Assembly: GCA_026936335.1 (NCBI GenBank)
Contig: JAPMXV010000067.1
Location: forward strand, 186,001 to 250,000
DNA length: 64,000 nt
DNA from: Mantamonas sphyraenae STR306
Taxonomy: Eukaryota; Protista; CRuMs
Direction of reading: 5' to 3'
The position numbers and the translations under genes were made by a program. Positions 1 through 10,226 of this stretch are shown piece after piece. Within the stretch, counting starts at the first letter, position 1. The number at the start of each line of letters is the position of its first letter. Below the pieces are notes generated by a model. That model was not told the DNA's origin. It did no database searches and saw only the letters and a list, made by a program, of their open reading frames with translations.

Positions 1-385
1 CGTCTGTGGGAGGCGTGGACCAAGGTAAGGACGGGTGCAGTGGGAAAAGACGGCGACGGGGTTTGCTGTGTGTTGTTGCTGGACAACGTGCGTCCACGAG
101 TGGCGAGGGCGGCTTCAGGACGCATGTACATGTGCACAGGGCACACTGGAGGGATGTGTGGTGCACGTGTGCGGGGTGATTAAGCGATGGGAAAGGTGTG
201 ACGTGCACGGAGCGGTGGGACGGCGTGTGGCAGTTTCCCACCGGCGCTTCTGGCTAACACTCACAACCTTTTTGCCCACGGACACACAACACGTGACACA
301 AACGGCGGGTGTGCCTGACGTGTGTTGGACTCGACGACACGCCAATTGTGTGGGGTGGTGTGGTGGCACAGCAAGCCAAGCAGAG

Positions 386-2008
386 ATGGAGGACACGCTG
401 TGCAGCATGTTTCCTGCACACAAGCGGGAAAGGATCGCCCAAATCTTGACGCTGGTGCACTACGACTTTGACCAGGCGGTGACGCTTCTGTATATGCCGC
501 GGAACCAGGGCGGTGTGCAGGGCAACGAGGACGCAGGAGCAGTGGAGGCACAAGTGGTTGTGTCGGGACACGGGAACGGCGGGCCGGTGACGGCAATTCC
601 GTTTGCCCAAAGCGGAAACGGACATGGCGGGGCGGGGACACACACAGTGCAGGCGTACCCTGTGGGCGAGGATGGGACGGGCATTCGTGTGGACGAGCAC
701 GGATGGCAGATGGTGGAGGGGACGGACGCAGCTGGGAGCGAGGAAGGCGAGGAATGGGCGCCCCGGCGGAGTTCGGGGTTCTGCGGGCCCCGATCGATGA
801 ACGGTGCCGGAGCAGGCGGATGCGACTTTGAACGGCTCAAGCGCAAGCTGGGCCTGGCGAAAGAGGACAGTAGTGTGGATAGCGTGTCGTCACATGGCTC
901 CAACAGCAGCAGCGGCAGCGGCTCGGGCAGGGAAGGCGGCGGGCGTCACTCGCGGCACCACAGCCGAAGCAACAGCAACAGCAGCAATGGCGGGAATGTG
1001 TTTCCGGCAATGATGAGTGGGGTTCCGTTGCGAACGGCGATTGAACAACGGCGCGGGAGCAGTGCGAGCAGCAGCAGCAGCAGCAGCAACAGCAACAACG
1101 GCAACAGCAACAGTGGATGGAGCCTTGGATTGGGTGGTGGGAACAGCAGTAGCAGTGGCAAGGGCAGGCGTGAGTTGAGCCCCGAGCAACTGGAGCATTT
1201 GTACAACTTTGGGTTTGTGGTGGTGCCGGGGGCAGTGGAGGGCAAGTATGTGCGTGCTGCAAAGCGTGCCATCAACGCAAGCCTGGGCAAGGGTATGGAC
1301 AGGAGCGGAATGGAAAAGGCAAAGAAGAGCACATTCTGCCCGGAACTGGTGACGAAGCAGGTGATCACGGACCTGATGAAGGCAAGCGGGGCGTCGGAGT
1401 ATGTGGAGAGTGCAGCAGGGAGGCTGAACCCAATCTGGGGTGGGCAGGTGGCACTGCGCTTCCCAGGCGACTTTTGCGGCTTGGATGGGAAGAACACAGA
1501 CGACGCCTTTACGCCGGCGCCGTGGTGGGACAAGGCGTGGCACATCGACGGATGGGGAGAGGACAAGATGCGAGAGTACCTGAAGCAGTATCAGGAGACG
1601 GGACAGGTGGAGTTGGACTCGTTCACGTGCCTAGCCGGCGTGATGTTGAACGACGTGGACGAAGATTTCTCGGGCAACCTGACGGTGTACCCGGGCACAC
1701 ACCACCAGCTGTCACAGTTTTTCAACGCACACGACACAGAAACGACCCTGAAGCTTGCGCTGGAGGGATTGCAGGAGGGGTTGGATTTGCCGACGCCTGT
1801 GCAAATCAAGGCAAAGGCGGGCGACCTTGTGATTTGCCACTACATGCTGGCACACACGGTGGCACCCAACTGCAGCGACGACGTACGATACGCAGTGTAC
1901 TTTCGACTGACCAACCGTGCGTTTGAAAACAGCATGCGCAGCGTGACGGGCACGCTGTGGAACGGGTGGGATGGCATTGCGCCGTTTGAAGAGAATGGAA
2001 ACACGTGA
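386..2008 (+). CDS. CUE-domain + PhyH-family Fe(II)/2OG dioxygenase
   Basis: N-terminal CUE-like segment (LCSMFP..RERIAQIL...DFDQAVTLL), Ser/Gly linker, then PhyH-like domain (GFVVVPG, WHIDG, GNLTVYPGTH, KAGDLVICHYMLAHTVAPN, R-Y-A-V-Y-F-R). First ATG is at 386; a GTAAGG donor at 25 may mean an upstream exon. Confidence 0.75.
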   Translation: MEDTLCSMFPAHKRERIAQILTLVHYDFDQAVTLLYMPRNQGGVQGNEDAGAVEAQVVVSGHGNGGPVTAIPFAQSGNGHGGAGTHTVQAYPVGEDGTGIRVDEHGWQMVEGTDAAGSEEGEEWAPRRSSGFCGPRSMNGAGAGGCDFERLKRKLGLAKEDSSVDSVSSHGSNSSSGSGSGREGGGRHSRHHSRSNSNSSNGGNVFPAMMSGVPLRTAIEQRRGSSASSSSSSSNSNNGNSNSGWSLGLGGGNSSSSGKGRRELSPEQLEHLYNFGFVVVPGAVEGKYVRAAKRAINASLGKGMDRSGMEKAKKSTFCPELVTKQVITDLMKASGASEYVESAAGRLNPIWGGQVALRFPGDFCGLDGKNTDDAFTPAPWWDKAWHIDGWGEDKMREYLKQYQETGQVELDSFTCLAGVMLNDVDEDFSGNLTVYPGTHHQLSQFFNAHDTETTLKLALEGLQEGLDLPTPVQIKAKAGDLVICHYMLAHTVAPNCSDDVRYAVYFRLTNRAFENSMRSVTGTLWNGWDGIAPFEENGNT

Positions 2009-2064
2009 GCACACACACACACAGGGCACAAGGAGTTGATTTGTTTCATGAGCCGCGTTGTCTC

Positions 2065-3078
2065 CTATCCCCATCGCTCCTTGGCCTCTGCGGCCGTCAT
2101 GATGGTGCATCGGTCGTCGTTTTGGGAGCACATGTCTTGGACGGTGCGCACAAACCGGTTGCCCAGGCGCAGGGCACCCTGTTTGGCATCGGAAGTGGGT
2201 TCAGGTTTGTTGGATTGGGTGGATTGGGTCTTGGAGGCGACGAGGGCGGTGGCGTAGGACATGGCGGCGTGCTGGAGGGCAGGAAACAAGACGAGGCCGC
2301 TCATCTCGACAAACTTGCCTGGGCTGACCTGGTACTGGGTGAGCACGTGCGAGTCGTCGATGGGTGCGTTGGGAACCACAAAGCAGGCGAGGTGGAGGTC
2401 GCCCGTGCTGGTTTCGCCGAGGACGACCTTGAAGAGGTGGGTGGGCACGGCGACGTGGTTGGGCCCGATGGTGTCGTACTTGACCACCGACGTGTGATCC
2501 TTGGCAAACCGACGCTGTACAAGGGCCGCCTCGTTGCTCGCAGGGCCCACCTGGCTGGCACGGGCCTCGTCGAGAAAGAGGGGGCCGGAAAAGATGACCA
2601 CACGCTCGTAGATGCCTGTGAGCTTGCGTGCCCACAGCTCCATACGCATCCAGAAGCCCGAGTTGTTGTTGTACTCCTGTGGAACGATGTTTGTGAGGGC
2701 AAAGGTGTCGTCCATGGCACCCTGGGAGCGCTTGTTGTCTGCTGCCGGGTTCATGTGACCGCGTGACAAGCCCAGGGGCCACCCTGCCTTGTAGTCTGCG
2801 TTGGTGGACTGGAATTCGAGCGGCAGCCGTTCCTCCGCGTGGAAACGGCTTTGTTTGCGCGAGGCCTTGCCCTTGAGCATGTCGCGTGTGAGGAGTTCGG
2901 CGACCCAGATGGGGATGCGGCGGGCCTGATCGTAGCACAGCACGTGGTTGTCATACCCAATCACCACCTGGTTGCTGGGGATGCCGTATTGCAGGATGTC
3001 GCCATGGCGTGAGGGCGTGTTGGAGTCGGCGCGGGCGTCCACGAGGGGACGGACAAACATGGGTGTGGAGGAGGACAT
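2065..3078 (-). CDS. DNA/RNA non-specific endonuclease (endonuclease G/Nuc1 family)
   Basis: YDQARRIPIWVAE, SRGHMNPAAD (DRGH-like), TFALTNIVPQ, NSGFW..ME, SGPLF, VAVPTHLFKV. Start placed at ATG 3078. Confidence 0.9.
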   Translation of the reverse strand: MSSSTPMFVRPLVDARADSNTPSRHGDILQYGIPSNQVVIGYDNHVLCYDQARRIPIWVAELLTRDMLKGKASRKQSRFHAEERLPLEFQSTNADYKAGWPLGLSRGHMNPAADNKRSQGAMDDTFALTNIVPQEYNNNSGFWMRMELWARKLTGIYERVVIFSGPLFLDEARASQVGPASNEAALVQRRFAKDHTSVVKYDTIGPNHVAVPTHLFKVVLGETSTGDLHLACFVVPNAPIDDSHVLTQYQVSPGKFVEMSGLVLFPALQHAAMSYATALVASKTQSTQSNKPEPTSDAKQGALRLGNRFVRTVQDMCSQNDDRCTIMTAAEAKERWG

Positions 3079-3184
3079 GGTGTGGTGTTGGAGACGACGG
3101 GGCGCATGGGTTTGGGGCGAGGAAACGATCGGTCCATTTGAGAATGTACAAAGAGGGGAATGCATTGGGTGAGGGGAGGATTGA

Positions 3185-3510
3185 TCACGATTCCTCGTCT
3201 GCTTGGGAGTCAAGGGGCGCGCCAGAGACAAGGGCATCGACGTTGTTCATCACCTGGCCCGTACCACGGGCCAGGGAGACTACGCGTGCATTGTGTGCAA
3301 CAAGAGAGGCAGAGTGGTGGGACAGGGTCTGCAGTTCTGCGTTGAGCGTCTGTTGTTTGTGGGAGTGGGCAAGGAGAGTGGGGGCCGGGGAGATGAGCGC
3401 GGGATTTTGGCGCGGGAACGGGCTTGGAACGAACGGACCTGCATGTTGTCCACAAGCTGCTGGTACTGCGCCTCTGTGTCTGCCGAGAGGGACGTGGCAG
3501 AGCCGGACAT
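3185..3510 (-). CDS. 78-aa spliced coiled-coil micro-protein, possible DASH/Dam1 small subunit (Hsk3/Dad3-like)
   Basis: Exons 3439-3510 and 3185-3349 with a phase-0 GTCCGT..CAG intron. Product: MSGSATSLSADTEAQYQQLVDNMQTLNAELQTLSHHSASLVAHNARVVSLARGTGQVMNNVDALVSG... Family call is by resemblance only. Confidence 0.5.
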
Positions 3511-3593
3511 GGGTGGCGCGGAGTGAGTGTGGGTTGTTGTGGTTGGGTGCGCAGGGGCGGCCAGCGAGAGAGTGGAGCTGGAGCTGAGCGACG

Positions 3594-4465
3594 ATGTCGA
3601 CGAAGCTGGGCGGGTCGGTTGTTCTTGGGGACAAGAGGACGACGGCGTCGAAGCAGGAGTCGCTGATGCACAACGAGGCGCTGAGGATGGCAAAACACAT
3701 ACGGGACATGGTGGAGGTGGCGACGCGGCTGTACTCGAGGGCACGGAAGACGGAGGAGGAGGAGGAGCGGGAAGAGTTGAGCGGAGAGCTGGAGGAGCTG
3801 CAGAAGCAGGTGCGGAAGGCAGTGGAAGTATTTTATGTGTTGAAAGTGAGGCAGAGGGCGTGGCATACGATTCGCATGCAAGGGGTGGAGCAACACAGAG
3901 CGAGGAGGCAGACGCAGGGGTGTGGCCGGAAGACGTGTCGGAACGGTACAAGGCAGAAGTGGAGGAGGCCAAAGAGGCGATGAGTGTGGAGTGGGTGGAG
4001 GAAAACGAGCTGGACAATGCCAGTGCGCGTGTGGAAGCCATGCTGGAAGAGCTGACGCAAGGAGACGGGTTGCCAGTGCGTCCGAACGCGTGTGCGCTGA
4101 CGGGAGAGCCGCTGACGGATCCTGTGACCACGTAGGTTGGGAGAGGGGGAGGCAGGGAGAGAGAGAGATGGAGGCAGGGGGGGCTGACATTGTTGTTGGG
4201 GGGCGGTGGGGTGCGGTGCAGTGGCGTGTGCCAGCACGTGTTTAACGCCGAGGCGATCAACGAACTGCTGCAAAGCGAAGGGCGGATTGTGCCCGGGACG
4301 GGGGGAGCCCGAGGAATCATGTGTCCCGTGGAGGACTGCAATGAGTTTATTCTGCAGTCGAAGCTGGGTTTGGATGCAGAGACGGTGGAGATGCTGGCGG
4401 AGGAGCTGTTGAAACAGGAGATGGAGGCGCTGAAGGCGTCAGGGGCCATGGAGACCGAAGAATGA
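3594..4465 (+). CDS. NSMCE2: SMC5/6 SUMO ligase Nse2/Mms21-like (SP-RING)
   Basis: Exons 3594-3845, 3899-4131 and 4222-4465 join in frame via GT-AG introns. N-terminal coiled coil plus CALTGEPLTDPV..CQHVF...CPVEDC SP-RING. Confidence 0.75.
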
Positions 4466-4579
4466 AAAGCATGGGGTTGGATGGATCAGAGGAGAGTGGG
4501 TGGGTGCGTGGGTGCGGCGGTTTGGTGTTGGGTGCTGTGTATGCATGCGAGGGCGGCACCAGCAAAAACACAATAGAAA

Positions 4580-5695
4580 ATGGTGAGCGGCTGCGAGGAC
4601 GGCGACGTGTGGGGAGGCATTGTGGAAGTGGGTGTGTGGGAAACTGACACACATTTGGGTTGGGTTGGGATGTATGTGCAGGTTGCCCGTTTGAGCAAGA
4701 ACCGCAAGAAGCGAGGACACGTGAGCGCTGGTCACGGTCGTGTCGGTGAGTTGGAGGGTCGGGGTGGATTGCGCGAGGGAGAGGGTTTGGACGGGGCTGC
4801 AGGACGGAGGATAGGTGGAAATGGGAGGAATGGGCGGTGGATGGGTGGATGGGGTTGGTGGAAGGATGGTGAAGGGTGGAGGGTGGTGCAGAGTGGGTGC
4901 AGGGAGGCATGGGCGGGGAAGATGGCTGGCCGGCGCGGGTTTGCATGCGAGGGGCAGCCGGGAACGGGCCGCCTGGACGACGCAAGGGAGACCGGACGGG
5001 GATGGGGAGCGTGGGAACGGGTGCATGGATGGTGTGTGCATGGGGAGAGATGGAAGAGAGGGGAGTGGGGTGGCACGGAAGGAGCAGGAGGAGGGGAATT
5101 GTGGCTGGGCGGGTGGGAAAAATGCGGCTTTGGCAAAGGATGAAGGCAGCCCTGCGGTGGAGGATAGAGAAGAGGTGGAGGAAGAGGGAAAGGGAGAGAG
5201 GGGAAGGGGGGAATGGGGAATGATGGAGTGGGTGTGTGCAGACAGCTGACACAGAGAATGGGGAACATGGACGGCGGTGACGTGTGTGTGTGTGTGTGCA
5301 TTGAACCCACAGGCAAGCACCGAAAGCATCCGGGTGGACGCGGTAACGCGGGTGGCCTGACGCACCACCGTACCCTGTTTGATCGTTACCATCCGGGTTA
5401 CTTTGGTAAGGTCGGCATGCGCTACTTCCACAAGACGCAGCAGAAGTTCTACCGCCCGGCGCTGAACGTGGACAAGCTGTGGACGCTGGTGAGCGAGGAG
5501 ACGCGCACCAAGTACGCTGGAGCCAAGACTGGGGACAAGGTGCCTGTGATTGACATCACCAAGGCTGGCTTCTACAAGCTGCTGGGCAAGGGAGTGCTGC
5601 CGAAGCAGCCGGTGATTGTGAAGGCCAAGTTCTTTTCTGCCGAGGCCGAGCGCAAGATCAAGAAGGTGGGCGGTGCTTGCGTGCTGACTGCTTAA
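4580..5695 (+). CDS. RPL27A: 60S ribosomal protein L27a (uL15)
   Basis: Exons 4580-4582 (ATG only), 4682-4745 and 5313-5695. [31 protein letters not shown]...[14 protein letters not shown]...GGACVLTA. Confidence 0.97.
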
Positions 5696-5948
5696 ATGAA
5701 CCATTGTTGGCTTAGTGCGGGAGAGCATGGGGTGGGGGGGGGGGGTTCTTGTGATGGGGAGCGTGTGAAGGGTGTTTTGAGGAGATTGGAGATTGTGCGG
5801 AATGGTGGGGGGTTGGGGGAGATTGGAATGGGTGGGGGTGTGTGGGGAGGGGTTGGAATTGGGAGAAGGGAAGGGAGTGTGAGAGAGATGCTGGGAAAGG
5901 AGCGGATGGGGTGCAGGGAGAGTGAAGGTGGGGGGGGGGAGGCGAGGT

Positions 5949-8900
5949 TCATTGCGGGTTCGAAAGCATCTGAGTGCAATTCTGAATGCCCATCAAGATA
6001 GCAAACACAAGCTCAGGCTCTACCTGCGTCGTTTGGAGGATCACTCTTGCTTGCTCATACAGCTCCAGTGCCCGAAGGAAGTCACCTTTGGATTCGTACA
6101 CATCAGCGATGTTGTTGATGGTCTTGGCCACATCTGGGTGCTCATCCCCACCATGCACCCGTCGCATGATCGCCAGTCCCTGCGTCAAAAGCTCCAGTGC
6201 CCGGTCGGACTCTCCCTTGGATTCGTACACCCCAGCCACGTTGTTGATGCTCTTGGCCACATCCGGGTGCTCATCGCCACCATACACCCGTCGCCTGATC
6301 TCCAGTACCTGCTCAAACAGCTCCAGTGCCGGATCGTACTCTTTCTTGTTGATGTACACCACAGCCATGTTGTTCATGCTCGTGGCCACATCCGGGTGCT
6401 CATCCCCACCATGCAGCCGTCGTGTGATCGCCTGTGCCTGCTCATACAGCTCCAGTGCACGATCACACTTTCCCTTGGCATTGTACACCCTAGCGATGTT
6501 GTTGATGCTCTTGGCCACATCCGGGTGCTCATCCCCACCATGCAGCCGTCGTGTGATCTTCAGTGCCTGCTCATGCAGCTTCAGTGCTCGATCGTACTCT
6601 GCCTTTTCATAGAACACAAACGCCACGTTGTGGATGCACGTGGCCACATCCGGGTGCTTGTTCCCACCATGCACCCGTTGCATGATCTCCAGTGCCTGCT
6701 CACACAGCACCAGTGCCGGATCGTACAGCATCATGGCTTTGTACACATTAGCCATCATGTTGATGCACGTGGCCACATCCGGGTGCTCATCCCCACCATG
6801 CACCCGTCGCAGGATCTCCAGTGCTTGCTCACACAGCTCCAGTGCCCGATCGTACTCTCCCTTGGCTTTGTACAGCAAAGCCATCTTCTTGATGCTCGCG
6901 GCCACACTCGGGTGCTCATCCCCACCATGCACCCGTCGCCTGATCGCAAGTACCTGCTCATACAGCTCCAGTGCCCGATCCAACTCTCCCTTGGCATTGT
7001 ACACCCTAGCCATGTTGTTCAAACTTCTTCCCCATCCCTCATTCTCCTCCCCATCCATGCCGGTCCTCTGCTGCACCTCCATCACCTCCACCAGCACCCT
7101 CTCCGCCTCTTCATATGCTCCCATCCATTCATGCACCGCTGCCACATTCTGCCCAACCCAGCAGACCTCTTCCACCTCACCTGAAGCTTGGCACGCTGCT
7201 TGACACACCCTCCACACCCGCTCCCCATGCATCAGCATCTCCCTGTGCCACACCAGCTCTTCCAATGGCTCACTTGCATCAAAGGCAAACTCCTTCCGCA
7301 ACATCTTCAACACACGCCTCCACGCCGCTATTCCCCCCTCTGCCTCCACCTGCAGCTCCTCCCCTCCCCGTGTCATCATCTGCACCAGTCCATGCACTTG
7401 CCATCCATCCCCATCCACAGCCCGTTGCACCAGCGACACACGCTCCAGCGATTCCATCGCCTTCTCTGCCCGCATGTCTGCCTCATCCCTGTGCCCCACG
7501 CCCTCCATCAGCGTCGCTATCACCCTCTCCTGCACCTCTCCCCCATTCAGCAGTGCCAGACACTGCATCAGTCCCACTGCATCCTTGTTCTTCTGCCCAG
7601 CAGCGTCCATCGCCATCTTCCACACTGCCATCGCCGTCATGTCGTACACATCTGACTCAATTCCATCCTCCATATCCTCTACAGTCGCCTTGAGTCCCTC
7701 TCTGAAGTCGCTCACAGGCGTTTCGTCATCTTCTGCCCCAATCACAGCTGCTGCTTGACGCACTTCCAGCGCCATCCCTCCCAGAAGCTCCTTCAGCTCC
7801 CCATACGCCTTCACCTCCTCCTTTTCATCCGCTCCATCTACCACCACCACCCCTTCACTGGCAAACACTGCATCCACCTCCTCATCCTCCATGATCCCCA
7901 CTCGCACCACTTTGTCCACCGCCCCCGTGTCCCAAATCCCATCCTTCCACGTCGTCACCACCACCGTCCCTCCCTCCTGCAGCACAGGTTTCACATCGCC
8001 CCACTCCTCCACTCCATCCACAACCATCACCCACCGTCGTCCCTTCAGCGCAAGCATGGTCCGCCGTGCCATCCCTTCCCGCACCTCCTCCTTGTCCGCC
8101 TTCTCCACCTTTTCATCCGTGGTCATACCCAATGCCACTCCCAGCTGCAGCACATCACTCATCAACTCCTCCCTGCTCTGCCCACGCACCCACCACACCA
8201 CCTCCGCCGCCCGTTCCTCCTTTACCTTCCACGCATACATCTGTGCCACACTTGTCTTGCCCATGCCCCGTGCCCCATGCATCACTACCACCCCTTCTTC
8301 ACCCCACACCTCCTTCATGACCCCATTCCTCTCCACCAGCTCTCTTTTCTTCTTCAGATTGTCCACCTGCTTTGCCCATCCCGCCTCTGCCTCCTTTGCA
8401 CTCCTCCCTCTCCCATTCACCAGCCTCTCCTTCTCCCACCCCTCCCATGTCACCAACACTGCCTTGTTCCCCTCCCTGTCCCCTCCTGCCTTCTGGGCTT
8501 CCCCAAACGCCGTCTCCACGCTCTCTCCCGCTCCCAATGCCTCATAGAACGCCCCTGCCATCCGCACAGCTGCCCCATCCAGCACCTTCTCCCTGTATCC
8601 AATCACCACAGGCACATACTCACCCACCCTCTTTGCCATCTCCTCGCTCTCACACCCGTTCAGAAACACCAGCACGGGCCTTGCCTCCCACACCGCATCC
8701 ACAAGCGTCTGCCGCATCACATCCCCATCCACAGCCTCCACATACTCCTTTCCCATGTGCGCGGCAATATGCACCATGTGCTTTCCTTCCTCACGCACCA
8801 GCCGCAAGACTTCCGCCTGCTGTGTGGCCACTTGCCCCAAAACATCCATCGGTCTCCCTCGACATGCCCCTTCAATCACCCGCAGCTCCTCCACAGATCC

Positions 8901-9123
8901 CAGTGTCCCTTCTCCCATCATTCCCCAGCACCAGCACCCTCACATCCCTCATTCCGCCCTCCTCCCACCAGTGATCACCAAACTTCCCTCTTTCCTTCAT
9001 GCTCCCCTCGTTTCCCCGCCCATCCCTCCTTCCGGACGACGACGATGACTCACCCGTGTGCGTCTCTTCCTCCCTCCCCACTTCCCCAACTTCCACAGCC
9101 TCATCGTTCTCTCGTTTCTCCAT
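5949..9123 (-). CDS. NLR-like STAND protein: CHAT (caspase-like) + NB-ARC + about 8 TPR repeats
   Basis: CHAT motifs VHIAAHMG and LVFLNGCES, then V(I)GY..V.D.AA.....FY.AL..G..V..AF..A. Walker A GARGMGKT, Walker B WVMVVDGVE, VVVTTW, LGGMALEV, WQVHGLVQ. 43-aa HPDVA..INN.A.VY repeats. Main ORF is 5949-8921; the N-terminus (ATG 9123, ...VRVLVLGND) is joined by a frameshift near 8915. Confidence 0.88.
6040..7040 (-). repeat. Tandem 129-bp TPR-coding repeats (about 8 units)
   Basis: The motif ggccacatccgggtgctcatc recurs on + at about 129-bp spacing (near 6127, 6256, 6385, 6514, 6643, 6772, 6900). Confidence 0.95.
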
Positions 9124-9215
9124 TTGTTTGTTTTTGACGTGGGCTGACCTGCGCAGCTGCGCAGCGCTCCTTCCAAACCAAACCTCACCTGCGCTCCTTC
9201 CACAAACAAGAACCA
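9124..9215. promoter_or_regulatory. Putative bidirectional promoter between the NLR and ankyrin genes
   Basis: 92-bp gap between divergent ATGs. Contains the perfect 16-bp palindrome ctgcgcagctgcgcag (9149-9164) and the direct repeat gcgctccttcca (9164 and 9191). Confidence 0.45.
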
Positions 9216-10034
9216 ATGACCACCAACACAGCCCACACTCCCCTTTCACACTCGGACATGCACTGGCTGATCGAGTCAGCACGCGCAGGCGACGAGGCCT
9301 CTCTCTCGTCACTTGCCACCCTCCACGCAAGCAACATCAACACGGGCAACGTCATGGGCATAACCCCCCTCATGGCTGCTGTCACGTGCGGCCGCATCGA
9401 CCTCGTGAAATCCCTCCTTGCAGCAGGCGCCGACGTCAACCAACGCGACGCAAACAACATGTCGGCCCTCGCCCTAGGTGCCCTGGATGGGAACGAGGAC
9501 ATCGTCGAGATCCTTGTCGCTGCAGGTGCACAATCCAACCCAACCATGGACAACGGTGACTCTCTGATCGCCGTTGCGGCGAGCCTGGGCCAGCTCGAAG
9601 TCCTGCGTGCTTGTTTGCGTCTCGGAGTCGACCCGAACACGTGCGACAACAGCGGCATGCCTCTCATCGTTCATGCGACAAGCGTTGGCCTGGAGGAGTT
9701 GATGCAATTGCTCATTGAGGCCGGGGCCGACGTCAACGCCACAGGCGAAGCGGGAACTTCTGCCCTTGTCCTCGCTTCCATGATCGGCGACGTGGACAGT
9801 GTGCAGCAACTGCTCGATGCTGGTGCAGACATCCACCTGGTCACCTGTGATTCCAAGTGTGCCTTGTCCACGGCCGCCTTTTGGGGGAACATCGAGATTG
9901 TCGAGCTCCTATGGGCTGCAGGCGCCGACATCAACGTTTCAACTGACCCCCAGCTCACCTCCATCCTTGCTGCCGCCGAGGAAATCCAACCAATCGAGCA
10001 GATGCTTCGTAGGACGGGCCGGTGGGCCGAGTGA
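9216..10034 (+). CDS. Ankyrin-repeat protein (about 6-7 repeats), intronless
   Basis: GITPLMAAV..GRIDLVKSLLAAGADVN, LLIEAGADVN, LLDAGADIH, LLWAAGADIN. Confidence 0.92.
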   Translation: MTTNTAHTPLSHSDMHWLIESARAGDEASLSSLATLHASNINTGNVMGITPLMAAVTCGRIDLVKSLLAAGADVNQRDANNMSALALGALDGNEDIVEILVAAGAQSNPTMDNGDSLIAVAASLGQLEVLRACLRLGVDPNTCDNSGMPLIVHATSVGLEELMQLLIEAGADVNATGEAGTSALVLASMIGDVDSVQQLLDAGADIHLVTCDSKCALSTAAFWGNIEIVELLWAAGADINVSTDPQLTSILAAAEEIQPIEQMLRRTGRWAE

Positions 10035-10226
10035 TCGCTTTCCTCCTGACCTCTCCAATTTCATTCGCCTCGGGAAAGCGTCCCAACAATATCCACATAC
10101 ATATCACTCCGCCTCGTACAGCGTCGTTCATAAATGCAGTACGTTTCCAGCGCGTCTCTCTCTCTCCTGCGGTCGCGTTTGCGCTCTGCCCATCTCTCTC
10201 CCCTCCCTCCCCTTTCCCCCGCCCTC

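Noticed and set aside
4746-5312. snoRNA in the long RPL27A intron
   Set aside because: Only weak box-like words (aatgatgg, ctga) about 25 nt apart; no terminal stem or rRNA guide found.
6040-7040. CRISPR array or DGR variable region
   Set aside because: The units are in-frame 129-bp coding repeats without unique spacers. Variation is not adenine-restricted, and no cas or reverse transcriptase gene is present.
5949-9123. HGT of the NLR gene inferred from its unusual purine-rich coding strand
   Set aside because: The composition matches the regional C-rich skew shared with neighbouring genes; only a phylogeny can test origin.
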